NCBI GenBank assembly: GCA_051294375.1
Contig: CM119268.1
Span: forward strand, 6,915,382 to 6,979,381
Length of the DNA stretch: 64,000 nt
Source of the DNA: Paraspadella gotoi
Taxonomy: Eukaryota > Animalia > Chaetognatha
Direction: 5' to 3'
This document shows, in pieces, positions 25,328 through 36,545 of this stretch; position 1 is the stretch's first letter; every line of letters starts with the position of its first letter. The notes below the pieces were generated by a model. It was not told where the DNA came from. It did not search any database and saw only the letters and a list, made by a program, of their open reading frames with translations. The position numbers were made by a program, and so were the translations under genes.

Positions 25328-27056
25328 TAGGGATTAGCAGTATTCGACGAAATTTTTATTTCTCTATCGGCCGAAAAATAATAGGGAATTTGATACAAAA
25401 AAACAAGGCTTTTTAAAATATTTACTGTATGGAAAATACTGAAAAGAAAAAATTTTATTTTTTGAATATAGGTAGGGCAAGTGTAAGTCTAACAAAAAAT
25501 CGAAAAAGAATATTTTAAATAATAAAAATATTGAAATAGTACAGAAAGCAATATTTCTTTTTATTGTAGCGCAAAAAATAGGCTTTCCTCGCAAAACCTC
25601 TGGTTACAGGAGATGAAAATGTATTTTCTTTCAACAAATTGATCATTGTTAATTCCCAAAAATGATGCGCAAAAATGCGCCAGCAGTAGTTCTGGCGATA
25701 GTCATTTTATATAATCTTTCCTACTGTATATTAAGGCCTATGAATCATTAATATGTATGAAACTGATATAATATATTTATTATGATCTTAAGATTTATCG
25801 TGCCTTTTTTCTGCTTACAATCATTCCTCCTTTGCTAAATATACATGATACCTGTAATTATTATAATGGGTAATTTCTTTATTATAGTTTGTATTTTTAA
25901 CCAATTTCAAACATAAACCTAAAGACCCATTGTGGATCCACAATTTCTGATACTTTTAGTAAAATTAGTCCACTGGCTTTTACGTGGTGTTTCTTTGTTT
26001 TTTTTTATCTAGGATTTGAGATTTATTTTCGGTATTTTTTTTCTATGGATTTTAAAGAAGATAAAACCGAAATAAAGTAGAATCGGAGGCAGATTTGTAT
26101 AAAAATAAAAGACAAAAGAAAAAGGGAGAAAAGGAAAGAGATGTAGAGGATTAAGTGGGCGCAGTTTTAACGGTCAATTTACGGCCATTCTTTGCCAGCA
26201 GCATGTTAACTTAATAGTTTTAATCTGGAAAAGATGAAAAAAAGTTTTCACTCCGCCACAAAATAAAATGATATTATATGGTTTTCTGATTGTTTTTAAC
26301 GCCATTCTACGCCACACCTGTATAAAAAAGGGTGACAATAAATCTTTAACGCAACTTAATCTGAATAGTTTTTATTAGAAAATAAACTAAAAACCCTTTA
26401 CGCCACAAAATTAAATAGTAATTTAATTGGTTTCTTATTATTTTATCCCGGCATTCTACCAATCGCCCAGCATAGTATCAAAATAAAATGCCCGGATAAA
26501 TCTTTAAAAACTAACTTAAACTGACTGCTTTTACCAGAAAATATCCAGAAAGTCTTTACGCCAGACATCTGGATATCATATTAAACGGTTTTTACCTTTT
26601 CCTTATCACACCTCTAAAACCATTTACGCCACATATTTCTTTTCAAATTTAAATAATACATTTACAATTATTTAACTTGATAACGTTTCATTGCAAAAAT
26701 CATTAAACGCCACATATTTAAATAGAAAATAATACGTTTTGGCGTAGTTTTTACACGCACCCCAGCGCCAGCAAAAATGTAAAAAAAAAGAAATCAAAGC
26801 TGAATGCAATACTACAATATATTCTTAATTAGAAAAAACGTTTTTAAAAATTTTTAGTTAATATCCTGAACAGCAGTAACGAGGCAGGAAGGTAACTACA
26901 ATTGACGTCAATCAGGTTGGCGTAATTCCCATATTTAAAAAAACAAACTGCCAATTAATTGATTAAAGTAACACTACGTAAGAGCTTAATATATGAGGTT
27001 ATAAATCAATCGAATGAAGAAAAAGAATTATTTTAACATTTTTGTGCAATACCCTA
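25328..27056. mobile_element. 1.7 kb non-autonomous hAT-like DNA transposon
   Basis: Termini TAGGGATTAGC ... GCAATACCCTA (imperfect TIR); flanks ccaaagg | ccaagggg resemble a 7-8 bp TSD; the empty site is seen at ~23815-23832; many (t)acgccac motifs lie in the right half; no ORF. Confidence 0.7.
26180..26640. repeat. Diverged ~150 bp tandem repeat (about 3 units) inside the hAT-like element
   Basis: Recurring gccattct...ataaatcttta...aacttaa...cgccacaaaa...ggttt blocks at ~150 bp spacing. Confidence 0.55.
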
Positions 27057-27073
27057 CCAAGGGGCAGAGAGAG

Positions 27074-27104
<31 letters not shown>

Positions 27105-29220
27105 GAGAGAAGAGAGATAGAAGAGGAGAGAGGAGAGAGAAAGACACAGAAGAGAGAGACAGACAGAGAGAGAGACAAGAGAGAGAGAGAGAGAGAAAAC
27201 CGAAGATGAGAGATACGAGAGAGAGAGAAGGAGAGAGAGAAGAGGGACGGACGAGGAGAGAGAGAGAGGAGAGAGGAGCAGAGGCGAGGAGAGAGAGGAG
27301 AGGACAGAGGAGCAGAGAGAGAGCGGTGAAGTGAAATGAGTGAAGGCCGACAAATTCTTGATCGGAATTTCTTTAGGAAACTTGGATCTCGTGATGTGCG
27401 GTAATGAGAAACCAAGTGTCTGCGTGAACCTGGACCTTTTTCTTCTTCTTTGTACGAAGATAAAGAAAATCTACTCGGCGTATCTGTGTTGGTGTTTTTT
27501 ACAAGACAAGAGTGTCAGGATAGAATGAAAAGCTGAGGTCTTAAAACCGAATTATCGGTACGAACACCTTACTGGACACTGACTGCTAATCGTGGAAGGT
27601 TTACTCGTGAGTTGTGAGCAGTGAGCAGTTTCAAAGTGAATATAAAAGCTTAAACGGATTAAGTGGATGAATGCAGTGCGAACTTTGGCCGAAGTCTGAT
27701 TGGCAGAGAAAAAAAATGGGAAGGAAAGAAAATAGAAAAAAAAGAAGGAGAAAGAAAATAGGGAAAATAGGATAGAAATAAAAAAGATAAAAGAAAATAA
27801 CATGTAAGCACAGTACAAAGAAAAAAATAAGAATAGTATAGACAAACGAAGAAAAGTAAAAATGGAGGAAAAAAAAATTAAAGATGGAAAAGAAATAAAG
27901 AGATTTTCTTTGCTTTGATACTATCCTATTGTACTTGATATCGTTAAAACTTTGATACTGTTCTTAAGTCTATCTTCACTGCTTATTCCATTCTCAAATC
28001 AGTTCTCACTTCGCTTGAGAGGTGAGTCACTACGAGGAGATCAGAGGCTCCCGGCTCCAATTCTGTGCGAGAGAAAAGAAGAAGAAAAGATGAAAAGGAA
28101 AATGACGAAAGAAGAAGATAAAAGAAAAGGAAGGAGATGAGAAGAAAAAGATAAGAAGGGGAAAAAGAAAAGGGGGGCAGAGAGCGGGAGAGATGGTAAA
28201 ACGGAATATGAAGCGATTAAAAATGTGGGTAGGAGTAAAATGAATGAAAAAAAAGGGAAAAGTAAGAAATATAAGTAGAAATAAAATTTTAAAATAAATG
28301 TCAGAAGCCTAAAAACAATAAAATTAAAGAGAGAGGTAATGCGAAGAAGAAAGGAGAAAAGATGAGAGAAGGAAAGGGACGCGAGAGAAGGAAAGGAAAC
28401 TCGACCGCAAAAAAAAGATGTCACGATCTCAATAATGTAGTCTCATTTTTTTTCTTTGCGGAACAGAAAAAAAGGTCGTCTCAGCCTGAGGCGGGACACG
28501 AGAAAGAGCGTGACACGAAGAGAGTGTGGCAAGAAAAAGGTGTGACTTGAAATAAACTGACTGGAAAAAGCGTGATGCAAGAGAGCAGGAACAATTGAAT
28601 GCGAGAGACTAGTGAAAAAAAAAAGACCGTAACACGAAACTTGAAGTTAAAACGGAAGTTTAAACATAAATACTTAATAAATTTGAATATATTAAAGGAA
28701 AATTTATCGGATCAATTTTGATTTAAATGACAAGGCCTTGAACGAAAAAAAAAATATTCACGGTGGGAGATTGTAGGCATGAAAATGACATGAAACCAAC
28801 ACGAAAATTGATCTGTCAAAAATAGTTTTCGACAAATGTCAATGCCGTTTGATTCGCGTTTGATTTGAGAGTAGAAGATGTGATTGAGAGAGTAATGATT
28901 GAGAGAGAGAGTGAGATGAGACGAGAAGAGAGGAGAGAGAGAGAGAGAGTTCAAAAGGTCCACGGAAGAAGTCAACACGGGTTACGGATGATGACGATGG
29001 AACGAAAGAAATTGACGGAGCGAAAGTCATCAGGTTACGCCAGCGGATTTGACGTGGCCACTTTTATCTCGCCAGGTTACGCCAGCGGCTTCAGTCGCGA
29101 GACTTTTCGCCGCCTGATTTCTTCTCCCGTGGCGCCACGCCAGAAAAACTTGGACGTTGGTTTCTTGACGCTACATTACATCGATGCACTGAGATGTGCA
29201 ATAATTATGGCCATCAAGTC

Positions 29221-29332
<112 letters not shown>

Positions 29333-29648
29333 TCTTACTTTCCCATATTTATGAAATCGAAGAAAGAGCACTGCCAGGATTCATTGACGTGGCCAAAGGA
29401 AATGAAATGTGAAGGACAGTGCGCAACGTTGAGATGAATAAACAGGATGTATACTAAGATGTACTTTAGACGTATATTGTATAATATACAATAAACGCCT
29501 GTGAAAGCTGATTGATTGCAACATAGTGGGTTTTCGCAATTTCTTTAAATTCATTTTTACAAATTCTACTCTTGTATGTATTTACAAAATTAGAATTAGG
29601 TTCTTACAGTTTTTTTTTAATTTAAGACCTTTTTTCCCTTTAAATGAC

Positions 29649-30290
29649 CTGATCAGTGATCAGTAAGGCGTAGTGAAAGTTATGTACAAAAATTCTAAAG
29701 GTCAATTATGAACAACATACCATCAGTGAACATTAATTTGTAAAAAAAATTAATTTTATGTTTTTTAATTTTCGCAGTAGGCTATATTTATATATAGTAC
29801 TATCCTTATAAAATCAAAAAAATTCAAAATAGGCTTTTCTTAATTTTGATTGCAGATTTGAATTCCTCGTCAAAAGTTGATAAAAGAAAATATAAATTAT
29901 TTTTAAAAATTCTTTCATTAAGTGGATTAAAAATTACAAAAACTATATTTAATATATAAAAAGTTAATTTTCAGCTTAAAATATAGTTTTTTCTAATTTT
30001 TGACCCACTTAATGAAGGAATTTTTTAAAAAGAGTTATATTTCTTTTTATCAACTTTTTATGACGAATCCAAATCTGCAAAAAAATCTTAGAAAAAACTG
30101 TTTTGAAATTTTAACATTTATTGGATTAGTTCTAGTATAAATATGGCCTACTGCGTAAATTGTAAAATTTATTAGAAATTTTTTTTATACATAAATGTTC
30201 ATTAGTATAATGTTGTTCGTTCCTCACTTTTAGAATTTTAATTAAAGTTAAATTTAGAAATTTTTCTACGCCTTAGTGATCAGTGATCAG
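29649..30290. mobile_element. ~640 bp fold-back (palindromic) MITE-like element
   Basis: Ends CTGATCAGTGATCAGTAAGGCGTAG / CTACGCCTTAGTGATCAGTGATCAG (2 mismatches). The arms pair throughout (gcagtaggc/gcctactgc, tgcagatttg/caaatctgca, aaaagttgataaaa/ttttatcaactttt, ttcattaagtgg/ccacttaatgaa), with a short loop near 29955-29975. Confidence 0.8.
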
Positions 30291-30541
30291 CTTCAGAAAA
30301 ATATGCCCCGGTCCAGTCTATTCTGTGTTTAATGTTTGCTCTCCCTCTCTCTTAAACTCACTTTCTCTGTCTCTGTCTCACTCTCTTTGTAGAATTCTAC
30401 AAATGCTCTTTTTTTTCAAGCCTAACCCTTTTTTTTAACTTCGCCGTCTGGCGAGAGTGATAACAGAAAAAAAAAGGACAATTGGATCTGCAGACGAAAA
30501 GAAGAAAAAATGAAGATGAAGAGAGGGGAGAGAGAGAGAGA

Positions 30542-30579
<38 letters not shown>

Positions 30580-30792
30580 AATCAGATATATACACGAATC
30601 AGATATAAAACAATTCAAATATCGTAAACTATAATTTTTCATAAACCAGAAATCGAGACAAGAATAATAAATTCAGATTCCCAACGAAATTAAAAACCGA
30701 AAGATAAAATTTTTAAAAAGAAGAAGAAATAAATCGAAGAAAAAGATGAATGAGAAGAGAGAAAAAAGAAAAGATTGATACAGATAGAGAAT

Positions 30793-30860
<68 letters not shown>

Positions 30861-32153
30861 AAGACTGCGGAGAATAGTTTTTCCCTGCTTTTGATTCCAC
30901 GCCAGACTCGCTGAATACAACAATTGATCTCACAGCAAACCACGTTCTCGCCAAACGGCAGGGATGGTGACGGCGGCGATGGTGGTGGCGGTGGCGGTGG
31001 CAGCAAGGGTGGTGGCGGGAGTGGATTGGTGGAGAACGCGGCGGTGGTGGTGGTGAAGGCTTTTCGAGTTTTTCGATTCGAGTAAGAATTTGAGTCTGAG
31101 ATTGTTGAAGAGAAAGATGGAGTGAGTGATGTAGAAAGAGAAGCTAAGTGAATAGAGAATAGAGATATGAATACATTGAAGAAGGCACTACAGAGAATTA
31201 TGAATCGAGAGAAAATGATAAAGAGGTAAAAGTCACGTATAGAGTGACAGGGACGAGCGAAATAGTTTATTATATAAGTCTGATATTTAAATCCAGAAGG
31301 TGGCGTCAGCTGCTTTCACGGCGTCGGCGGCGGCGACGGCGGCGGCGTCGGCTGCCGACATCGGCTCGAGGNNNNNNNNNNNNNNNNNNNNNNNNNCTGC
31401 CATCCAGCGTTTCGGATGCACCAAAGCAAGAAAAGATTTATTCATCCGTGATTCAATTATTTCATGGTGGTGCTGGGAGTGCAATAATAGGGGAGAGGAA
31501 CGATCTTAGGGTGGGAGGAGTGGAGGATAGAAAGCAAACCGGGAATGAAGAGAGGAGAGAGAGCAGCAGAAGAGGAGAGAGGGCGGAGAGAAGAGAGAGA
31601 GAGAGGAGGACGAGAAGAGAGAGACTGAGAGAGAGAGGAGTAGCAGAGTTAGAGATAAATGATTAGGCTTATGCATGATTAGATGTGCTACTGGCAATAA
31701 ATTTGATAAGGTAAGTGTTCGCTATGAATTTCGGCATTAAAAAAGAAAAGTTAAAAAAGAGATTTTATCAACTATTCTCTGTTCACAAGTTCAGTCTGAC
31801 TTTCATTTTGCCCCCCCTCTCAATATATATTTTAGGAATTTTCTGAATTTTTTTCGCAATTTTCCGGCAAAGCTTCCCGGCGAGGCCCATCGTTTCCCCG
31901 CCGCGCTCTCCGGCAAAGTCGGAGATTTTCCGCCCGGTCGATTTTCATCTCCGTTTCTGTCTGAAGAGAGAATTCGGTTTCGGCTTGAATCCAAATCGCG
32001 GTCAATGTTCTAAGGGACCGAAAATGTTTAGAATATAGTATATTTTTATTTGTTACTTAGTAAATTAATTAATATTTATATTTCTTGAAATAGATCAAGG
32101 AAGTCGATTGAAGGATTTATCAGGCTTGAATAGATTAGTTAAATTTAATAGAT

Positions 32154-32264
<111 letters not shown>

Positions 32265-33384
32265 GAATAAATATAAAAACAAAAGGGTTTTATGAATAAT
32301 TTTTTTTCCTGACGGTAATTATGCCAATTATCGTAATTAGTAACTAGTGAATTGACGACGAAAAACAATGATGCCTACAACGATGGGGATAACAGGACGA
32401 CGATGACGACGACGACGACGACGACATCAACGTCTCTGAACAATGGACGTGTTTTCGTTTTTTCATTCAATTCCTGTCGATTTCGCGAAACATCGCAAAA
32501 ACTGAAAGCCGGAAAGATCAGAGAAAAAAANNNNNNNNNNNNNNNNNNNNNNNNNNNNNNNNNNNNNNNNNNNNNNNNNNNNNNNNNNNNNNNNNNNNNN
32601 NNNNNNNNNNNNNNNNNNNNNNNNNNNNNNNNNNNNNNNNNNNNNNNNNNNNNNNNNNNNNNNNNNNNNNNNNNNNNNNNNNNNNNNNNNNNNNNNNNNN
32701 NNNNNNNNNNNNNNNNNNNNNNNNNNNNNNNNNNNNNNNNNNNNNNNNNNNNNNNNNNNNNGCCATCGTCGTCACGGCATCGTCGTCGTCGCCACGCCCC
32801 CTCGTCACAGCGGCGTTTGACCAACGTTTTTCCCTATGTTTATCGGCGTCCATTTCCGGCGTAGTTTCCGCGGGACCAGACGGCGTCGCGTTTCCGGCAG
32901 CCGAGACGAGACGAGAAAAACGGCGCCGATGGAAATGAAACAAAGACNNNNNNNNNNNNNNNNNNNNNNNNNNNNNNNNNNNNNNNNNNNNNNNNNNNNN
33001 NNNNNNNNNNNNNNNNNNNNNNNNNNNNNNNNNNNNNNNNNNNNNNNNNNNNNNNNNNNNNNNNNNNNNNNNNNNNNNNNNNNNNNNNNNNNNNNNNNNN
33101 NNNNNNNNNNNNNNAGGCGGGAGATAGGAAGGCGGTTGATGGATGAGATGATGAGATGGAAAAGGAAAAGGGGTGGATGAGTGGAAAAAAGAAGGGGAAA
33201 GAGAAAGGGGGAGAGGTAAAAGGAGAAGTTAAAATGCTGGATGCATAGAAAGAGTTAATAGGGGAAACTGAAAAGATAAATGAGGAAAGGATTGGGAAGA
33301 CGAATATTCAGTGGAGTAAAGCGGAAGAATCACAAGAACGGAGCGCATTAAAAGCACCAATATGAACCGAAAAATATAACTGGA

Positions 33385-33650
33385 TAACCGACCAATCGAA
33401 CGCGAAGAATCTCGACCAATCAAATCACGACGCGAAAAATCGTGAATTTTTTTTTTTGTTGCAAAACGAAATAAATTTTTATTTTCCTCTATTCTAATTC
33501 GAGCGTCAAAAAAAAAAAAAAAAAAAAAGGGAAAGGAAAAAAGTGAATTCGCCAAAAAGAGAATCGTTCACGTTTTCTCCGAAGAGACCATAAATCGCGC
33601 GGTAACCATGGAAACCGCAAATCGCGTTTATGGTAACCATGGCAGCCACA
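33385..33650. promoter_or_regulatory. Candidate promoter: two CCAAT boxes and two RFX X-box-like palindromes
   Basis: gACCAATC at ~33391 and ~33415; GTAACCATGGAAAC (33602-33615) and GTAACCATGGCAGC (33633-33646). Confidence 0.45.
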
Positions 33651-35584
33651 AATCACGTCGCGCGAAATAATCATGGGAAGGGANNNNNNNNNNNNNNNNN
33701 NNNNNNNNNNNNNNNNNNNNNNNNNNNNNNNNNNNNNNNNNNNNNNNNNNNNNNNNNNNNNNNNNNNNNNNNNNNNNNNNNNNNNNNNNNNNNNNNNNNN
33801 NNNNNNNNNNNNNNNNNNNNNNNNNNNNNNNNNNNNNNNNNNNNNNNNNNNNNNNNNNNNNNNNNNNNNNNNNNNNNNNNNNNNNNNNNNNNNNNNNNNN
33901 NNNNNNNNNNNNNNNNNNNNNNNNNNNNNNNNNNNNNNNNNNNNNNNNNNNNNNNNNNNNNNNNNNNNNNNNNNNNNNNNNNNNNNNNNNNNNNNNNNNN
34001 NNNNNNNCAGCTCGAAGCAGTTGAACAACATCGTGGCAGACCAGATAACAAACCAGGGGCCACAACGCCAAGGTTTCATAAACACGCATGAAAACAAGCA
34101 ATAGGGCAAGCAGATTCAAATTTGTAGTTAATTTTATCAATGCCGGGTCGCGAACCCGNNNNNNNNNNNNNNNNNNNNNNNNNNNNNNNNNNNNNNNNNN
34201 NNNNNNNNNNNNNNNNNNNNNNNNNNNNNNNNNNNNNNNNNNNNNNNNNNNNNNNNNNNNNNNNNNNNNNNNNNNNNNNNNNNNNNNNNNNNNNNNNNNN
34301 NNNNNNNNNNNNNNNNNNNNNNNNNNNNNNNNNNNNNNNNNNNNNNNNNNNNNNNNNNNNNNNNNNNNNNNNNNNNNNNNNNNNNNNNNNNNNAGAGAGA
34401 GAGAGAGAGAGAAGCAGCTGCTGCGGTTTTGTTTGTTTATTTGTTTTCTTAAACGAGCGACTGCGTCTCTTCCGGCGGAAGGGAAAGTTGATCGTGGGAC
34501 CAAAATAAAAATATTATGGAGGGAAGAATTCCAAAAGACCATATATGTATTGTTAGTGTGACAATGTGGGAAGAGTTTTTCTTACTTTAATCTGTCAATC
34601 CCTTCCGCAATATTTTTCTTTTAGTCTCCGCTGGTCAGACCGTGGGTCAGACTGTACCAAGTCTTAACCAGTTCAGTGAAAGTTTTAACGTTATTTTTTT
34701 GGGAAAATAAAACATATACTAGTAGTAAATGAAATCTCATTATGAGGATTACTGTGAATTTAAAAAAAAAATTCAGATATTTTGCAATGCATTTTACATA
34801 ACATACATTACGAAATATCTGGAACAAAAATTATTTTTTTCAATTCACATAATGAGATTTCATTTACTACTAATTATACTCCATGTGATTGCGATGACAC
34901 TCAAACAAAACAAATACTAAACGCATATATATGTACATATTTTCTTTACTTAAGTAAGGAAACTTCAACAGGAGACAATTTTTACACCTGCAGTTTTCTT
35001 TCAAATGCAGCGGTTTTTTATTTTTCTTTAAATTTAATGGGAAATTTTCAGTGAAAATTAAGCAATCGCATTCCAAAAGTAAAAAAAAAAAAAATAATGG
35101 GGGATTTCATGCACTCACTCATTACTCAACCACCTTCGTAAAAAAGGGAATGGGTTCATGTCTCCCGGTGCTGCGGCGGTTCGNNNNNNNNNNNNNNNNN
35201 NNNNNNNNACAGAGGAGATAGAGACATGGACGAGCGAGAGTAAGAGGAAGAAGACGAAAAACGAAAACGAGTGATTGTGTCAGCTACTGCACGAGCGACA
35301 CGCGATATCACCTGATGACCAGGGGGGAGGAGCAGAGCCGCGTGGAGGACGGGGAGCCTGAGGACCGGGAGTCGGGGGAGCTCGCAGCAGGTCTCGGGGG
35401 AATCGAACCGGAGGAGAGCACCTAAACCAACTTGAGTCTCGAGCTCACTACGGGTGAGAGGAATGAGCGCCGGAGTCGCGGCTGACTTATCGCTTGAGAA
35501 TCTCGACCTAAAGGAGGTAACCTTCTGAGAATCCTTGATACTTTGACACGTATCAGGCGATTGGAGAGAGAGAGGAGGAGAAGA

Positions 35585-35624
<40 letters not shown>

Positions 35625-36049
35625 TGCTTATAAAAGAAAGATAAAAAAGATAAAAAAAGATGGAGGAAGAAAGATGAGAGAGATAATTGAAAATTCTCCA
35701 AAGAATAATTTTTTTTGAGTGACGGACGCTAATCTGGCGAACGAGAAGATAAAGATGAGACGGACAGGGATTTGGGACAGACTGACGGACTGACGGACAC
35801 GCGGATTGACAACGGGCGCGGGGAAAAGCGACTAAAATATATTGGGGAAATTAGCCAGAGTTTAAAATAGAAACAGAAATAGATTAATACGAAACAAATT
35901 CGTCTATTAACTGATTAAAAAGATGAGATAATTCCGTGAGAATTTAATTACCCAGTTTATTCCATGGAAATTGCCCATGAGTGATCCCATAAAAACATCA
36001 TGGGGGAAAGAAATACTCGGACAATTCGCCACCGAAATTATCTCTCTCT

Positions 36050-36545
36050 CAAATATGGACAGGACTGGAATATGAGTAGATATTAAATACCTGAAGAAGA
36101 CTTTAGGAACTATTAGTGACATGTCTCAATTAAACGATTTGAGAAGTACGGACCCCAAAAAGATGGAGAGAGCGATTACATGACGATGACCGCCAGTTTA
36201 ATCTTCCGACGGCTTACTCTCGAGGAAAGTAGCTGACCAGCGATAAAAAACAAAGCCTCCATAAATTTATTTTAAGATTTCAATCCGACGATGGCTGGAA
36301 CATACTGTTTGCCGACGCGTATATTCGAAAAGACAGCGATGATAAAACGCAGGGGGCGGCTGACGGGGGGTGGCGAGAGGCGGCCCCGGGAGAGGCGAGA
36401 GGAGAGAAAAGAAGCGTGGGGTACTGCAGGGGAGAACGCTGACGAGATTTTGCGAGAGTGACCCTTAATGCGATTTCTATTGTAAGAGATTATTGGCGCG
36501 GGAGGCAATTGCGACGGGATTTAGCAGGGTTAGAATTGGCGTCAT
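36050..36545 (-). repeat. Inverted copy of 47765-48147 (and 56180-56620)
   Basis: gcaattgcgacgggatttag..ggttagaattggcgtcat is the reverse complement of atgacgccaatttctaaccctaaatcccgtcgcaattgc; gtacggaccccaaaaaga is the reverse complement of tctttttggggtccgtac. Confidence 0.75.

Noticed and set aside
30880-31070. Pro- or Gly-rich ORF
   Set aside because: Explained by a degenerate (GGT/GGC)n repeat, with no clear exon boundaries.
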